64,000 nucleotides of DNA. It comes from Guillardia theta CCMP2712. Lineage: Eukaryota > Protista > Cryptophyta. The DNA is taken from NCBI RefSeq assembly GCF_000315625.1, contig NW_005434664.1, positions 613,497 to 677,496 of the forward strand. Direction: 5' to 3'. The stretch's first letter is position 1, and each line of letters starts with the position of its first letter. Of the stretch, positions 61,045 through 64,000 are shown one piece after another. Position numbers and translations under genes: made by a program. A model generated the notes under the pieces. It worked only from the letters and a program-made list of their open reading frames with translations. It was not told where the DNA came from and ran no database searches.

Positions 61045-61345
61045 AGGCCGCGGTAATATTAGAAACTTTGTTCCGAACTTTAGTCACAACAAACTCTTGG
61101 CAAAACTTTCATTTCCTCCAAAGTTTCGTCGAAAGTTTCCTGTCGTGGCCCGCCCGGCGTGGATGGGAGCCCCGGGAGGAGGGGTAGTCTCCGTTTGACA
61201 GCTGGGGTGGGTGTACCTCCAACGCTACTTGTACCGGTCTTTATGAGGGTTTATGGTAGGGTAATGAGCTGGCTCGGGGTCGTGGACAGTTACCGGGTAG
61301 GGCTAAGTAAAGAAGGGGTGGTCACTAGGGTACCCTACCCTTCTT
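61045..61345. promoter_or_regulatory. AAACTTT/AAAGTTT cluster, CCGG words and GGGTA patch upstream of the PLC gene
   Basis: aaacttt (61063, 61103), aaagttt (61120, 61132), ggcccgcccggc, then gggtaccctaccc (about 61328). Confidence 0.4.
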
Positions 61346-61820
61346 TAATAACGGTGGCAGTAGTGACTCGGGTTGACATGCCTGCGCTTGATGGGATCGC
61401 TGGGGGGGAAGGGCGAGGCCAGGGAGGGAGGGAGGAGGAGGAGGAGGAGGGAGGAAGGGAGGAGAGGGAAGGAAGGAGAGGCTCTCACGAGGGTGGATGA
61501 AAGGCAGATACTAGAGAAAACGGTGATGTGAAGTAGATCGGAACTCGGACATGCCCCATTAGAGTGGCAAGTAAATTCATCAAACTTCATATCAGGATTG
61601 GTTTTTCTTGGGTATGGTTTCGTGATGATGTGCTGCCATGCTAGAAGCGAAGTGTTTCTCAACAACAGAACTTTCCCGAATGATTTGAGGCTTGAAATGG
61701 ACTGACTTGCTCTCTCAGGATGTTGAGGATATGGCAGAGGCCATACACGAGAGCTTGACCCTTGCAACTTAAGGATGCCCTGACGACTGCTGGCCTGTGA
61801 TCTCGTTCAAGAGTGACCAA

Positions 61821-64000
61821 ATGCCATCTTCAAAGAAGTCAAAACATGCGGATCACGAGCAAGTGCATGAAGAAGCCCGGGCGGTATGGTTTTGTGAGGG
61901 TAGATGAGGCGAAGTGAAATTTCAACCTGGCAGTTGCTGCAGGTAGAGGATGACAACGAGTTTCTCCCCAAGGCGTGTCGTCTGCTTGAGAATTTCGCGA
62001 CCACCAAGCATGGGCTGCAAGAGAAGATGCTGAAACTTGGCCGGCATGGCAAGTCGGCGTACACATACGTTTATCTCAGCGCGGCACATGATTGGATTTG
62101 TTGGAACCCTTCAAGGTTGCTCGCAATGGCCTGTGGCTATTAGAGGCTGACCTGTCACTTCAGCATCGTTGCCAAGGCGCTGGCGAGCGGGACAAGGTTG
62201 TGTTGTGCCCATCTGTAACATGATCGTGCTAGTTGTGAACGTCCCTGCAGACACCTTGAAGTCTCTCATATCGTTCGCGTTGAGGTCGGACAGGTCAGAA
62301 CATAAGCAAGCGCAGGGTTGCTTGATTGTGCTCATAGAAGTGAATTGCAGAACACAACCAACTTCAACAGAAAGACCAAAGTGTCAAGCAACGAACAGAT
62401 CTCCAAGTCAGCTCAGCTCTGACATGGCTGTTATGTTTACTAAGAGAAACTCCAGATCGTTCTCGGTGGTCACACACGACAGGTCACTTGATCTGGTAAG
62501 GAGCTGCTGTGCTGCCTTGCAAGTCTGCTGAACCTGCGGCAAGATTGCCAAGACCGAAGATATCGCCAAGTTGTGGGTGCGGACCCTCAAGGTGCTGGGA
62601 GGTGAAAGGAGCGTTGTGACGTCGACTCAAGTCGCTTGCAGCTGCTGGTGAACAAGCAGCTGCTTCAAGACGGGAGGACGGCTACCTTCTCTACGGGAAA
62701 CCACTACAGGAGGTCCAGAGCTCCTTCTCTTCTCTCTCCCCCCACCCGCCCCTTCCTCCCAGCTCATGCTGAGCACGCGCGTACAGATACCTGATGGAGC
62801 AGTGGAATCGTGCGGACGAGGATCGATCGGAGAACTTGACGCTGGAGGAAGTCACCCAGGTAGGGCGTCCCCTGCCACTTCCCCTCCCTTGACCCTGTGC
62901 CGCTCGCAGCTGCTGAGGAAGATGAACGTGATGGCAAAGAGGAAGTGGATCCGCGAGCAGGCGATGAAGGCTGACAACTCTCACTTCTCTCTCGACGCCA
63001 CACAGTTCTTGACCTTCATGAACAACCTCATGGGGAACCGAGCCGACGTGAAGGTGCTTCGACTCCCCCCACCATCCCTCCTGTGCTGCAAGTGCCCAGC
63101 TCTCATGCTGCAGCCCCTTGCCTGCATCCTCCTACGTCTTCGCCTCTTCACGTCCTGCTCTACCGCTCCTTCTTCCTCCTCCTCTTCACCAACTTGACCG
63201 CTAGCGTGCTTCTGCAGAACATCATGCGCGAGATCCACAGAGAGTCAGGAGGGAACTCTTACAAGGTGCTGTGCCCGAGGCCTCCCCTTTCCCCTTGTCG
63301 GCGGCAGTCGGACGGATGACGACGGTGCAGGAGGAGCTCCTGAATGCGAAGCAGCTTTGTCAGTTCATGAACACTTACCAGAAGAGCAGCACCGACGAGC
63401 AGTGGACAGAGGTCCTCCCTTGCCCCGAGCGCTCGCCTCTTTTCTCCTTGACAGATCGGAGCAGGACAAGGCGTTGGAGCTGATAAAGAGAACCACTGAG
63501 GACAGCAAGGCTACAACGTTGAGCTGCCTGCAGGCATCTAACCCTTCCTCCTCCTTCCTGCCTCCTTCTCCTCTACCGCTCCTCGCTCTCTTCCTCCGAC
63601 ATACTCACTGGCCGTCCGTGCAGTTTGCTATGCTGCTCGATGACCGAGCTAATGACGTATATGACCCAGTGAAGCTGCAGCCCGGGTGAGGTGGAGGAGG
63701 TGGAGGAGGTGGAGATGGAGGAGAAGGATGAAAAGGAGGAGGAGGAGGAGGAGGAGGAGGAGGAGGAGGAGGAGAAGGCAAGGAGGAGCAAGGGGGAGGG
63801 GAGGGAATCGCCATGTATGATGGTCGCGTGCAAACAGAACCGGAGACTCGCTGGAAACTGTACATGTCGAATTCTCTCGCTGACTACTGGATAAAGTAAG
63901 TGGGAAGACTGAGGGGAGAGCGAGGAGGAGGGGGCGTTAGAGAAGGGTTAAGGGAGGGAGGAGGAGAAAGGAGAGGAGGAGAGAGAGGCTAAGTGATTTC
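61821..64000 (+). CDS. Phosphoinositide-specific phospholipase C-like protein, 5' part (PH plus EF-hands), truncated by the window end
   Basis: PH SFSVVTHDRSLDL/IAKTEDIAKLWVRTLK; EF region YLMEQWNRADEDRSENLTLEEVTQ/LLRKMNV; QLCQFMNTYQK; FAMLLDDRANDVYDP, which is the region preceding the PLC-X box in PLC-delta. The catalytic domain is not inside the window. Confidence 0.75.
63688..63780 (+). repeat. (GAG)n purine microsatellite in an intron
   Basis: gaggaggaggag..., more than 10 units. Confidence 0.85.

Noticed and set aside
1-64000. tRNA, rRNA or other structured RNA genes
   Set aside because: None recognised by eye; a covariance-model scan (tRNAscan-SE, Infernal/Rfam) would be needed to exclude small ncRNAs.

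Overview
Gene-dense eukaryotic nuclear DNA with many short (about 40-60 nt) GT-AG introns and one 100-N assembly gap (15298-15397). Two genes carry bipartite signal-peptide plus Phe-starting transit-peptide leaders, and several are flagellar or centriolar. This points to a flagellate with a red-algal-derived complex plastid; the style fits a cryptophyte such as Guillardia theta (inference, not verified). About 22 protein-coding genes are recognisable: plastid-type glutamine synthetase II, CCDC81-like, UFD1, mannose-6-phosphate isomerase, a secreted NHL-repeat protein, a Sel1-repeat/C2 protein, ATP10, a PH-MORN-J-like protein, UBXN11, TRAPPC5, plastid-type exonuclease III, an EsV-1-7-repeat protein, a cNMP-C2-SAM protein, a BEACH protein, an AT-hook protein, an Sfi1-like protein, DRC10/IQCD, a PDZ coiled-coil protein, the 5' part of a phosphoinositide phospholipase C, and a few orphans. 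No rRNA, tRNA, CRISPR array or intact transposase was seen. The most unusual signal is non-coding. Promoter-side intergenic DNA is built from three recurring word families (GGTAGGGGTAC/GTACCCCTACC, CCGG/GGCC with CTCAG/GACTC, and inverted AAACTTT...AAAGTTT clusters), and these are absent from the tiny gaps between convergent 3' ends. There is also a sharply bounded AT-rich island (46540-48200) with decayed ORF-like frames, possibly of viral or other foreign origin. Exon boundaries were read by eye, so ends of multi-exon genes are approximate.
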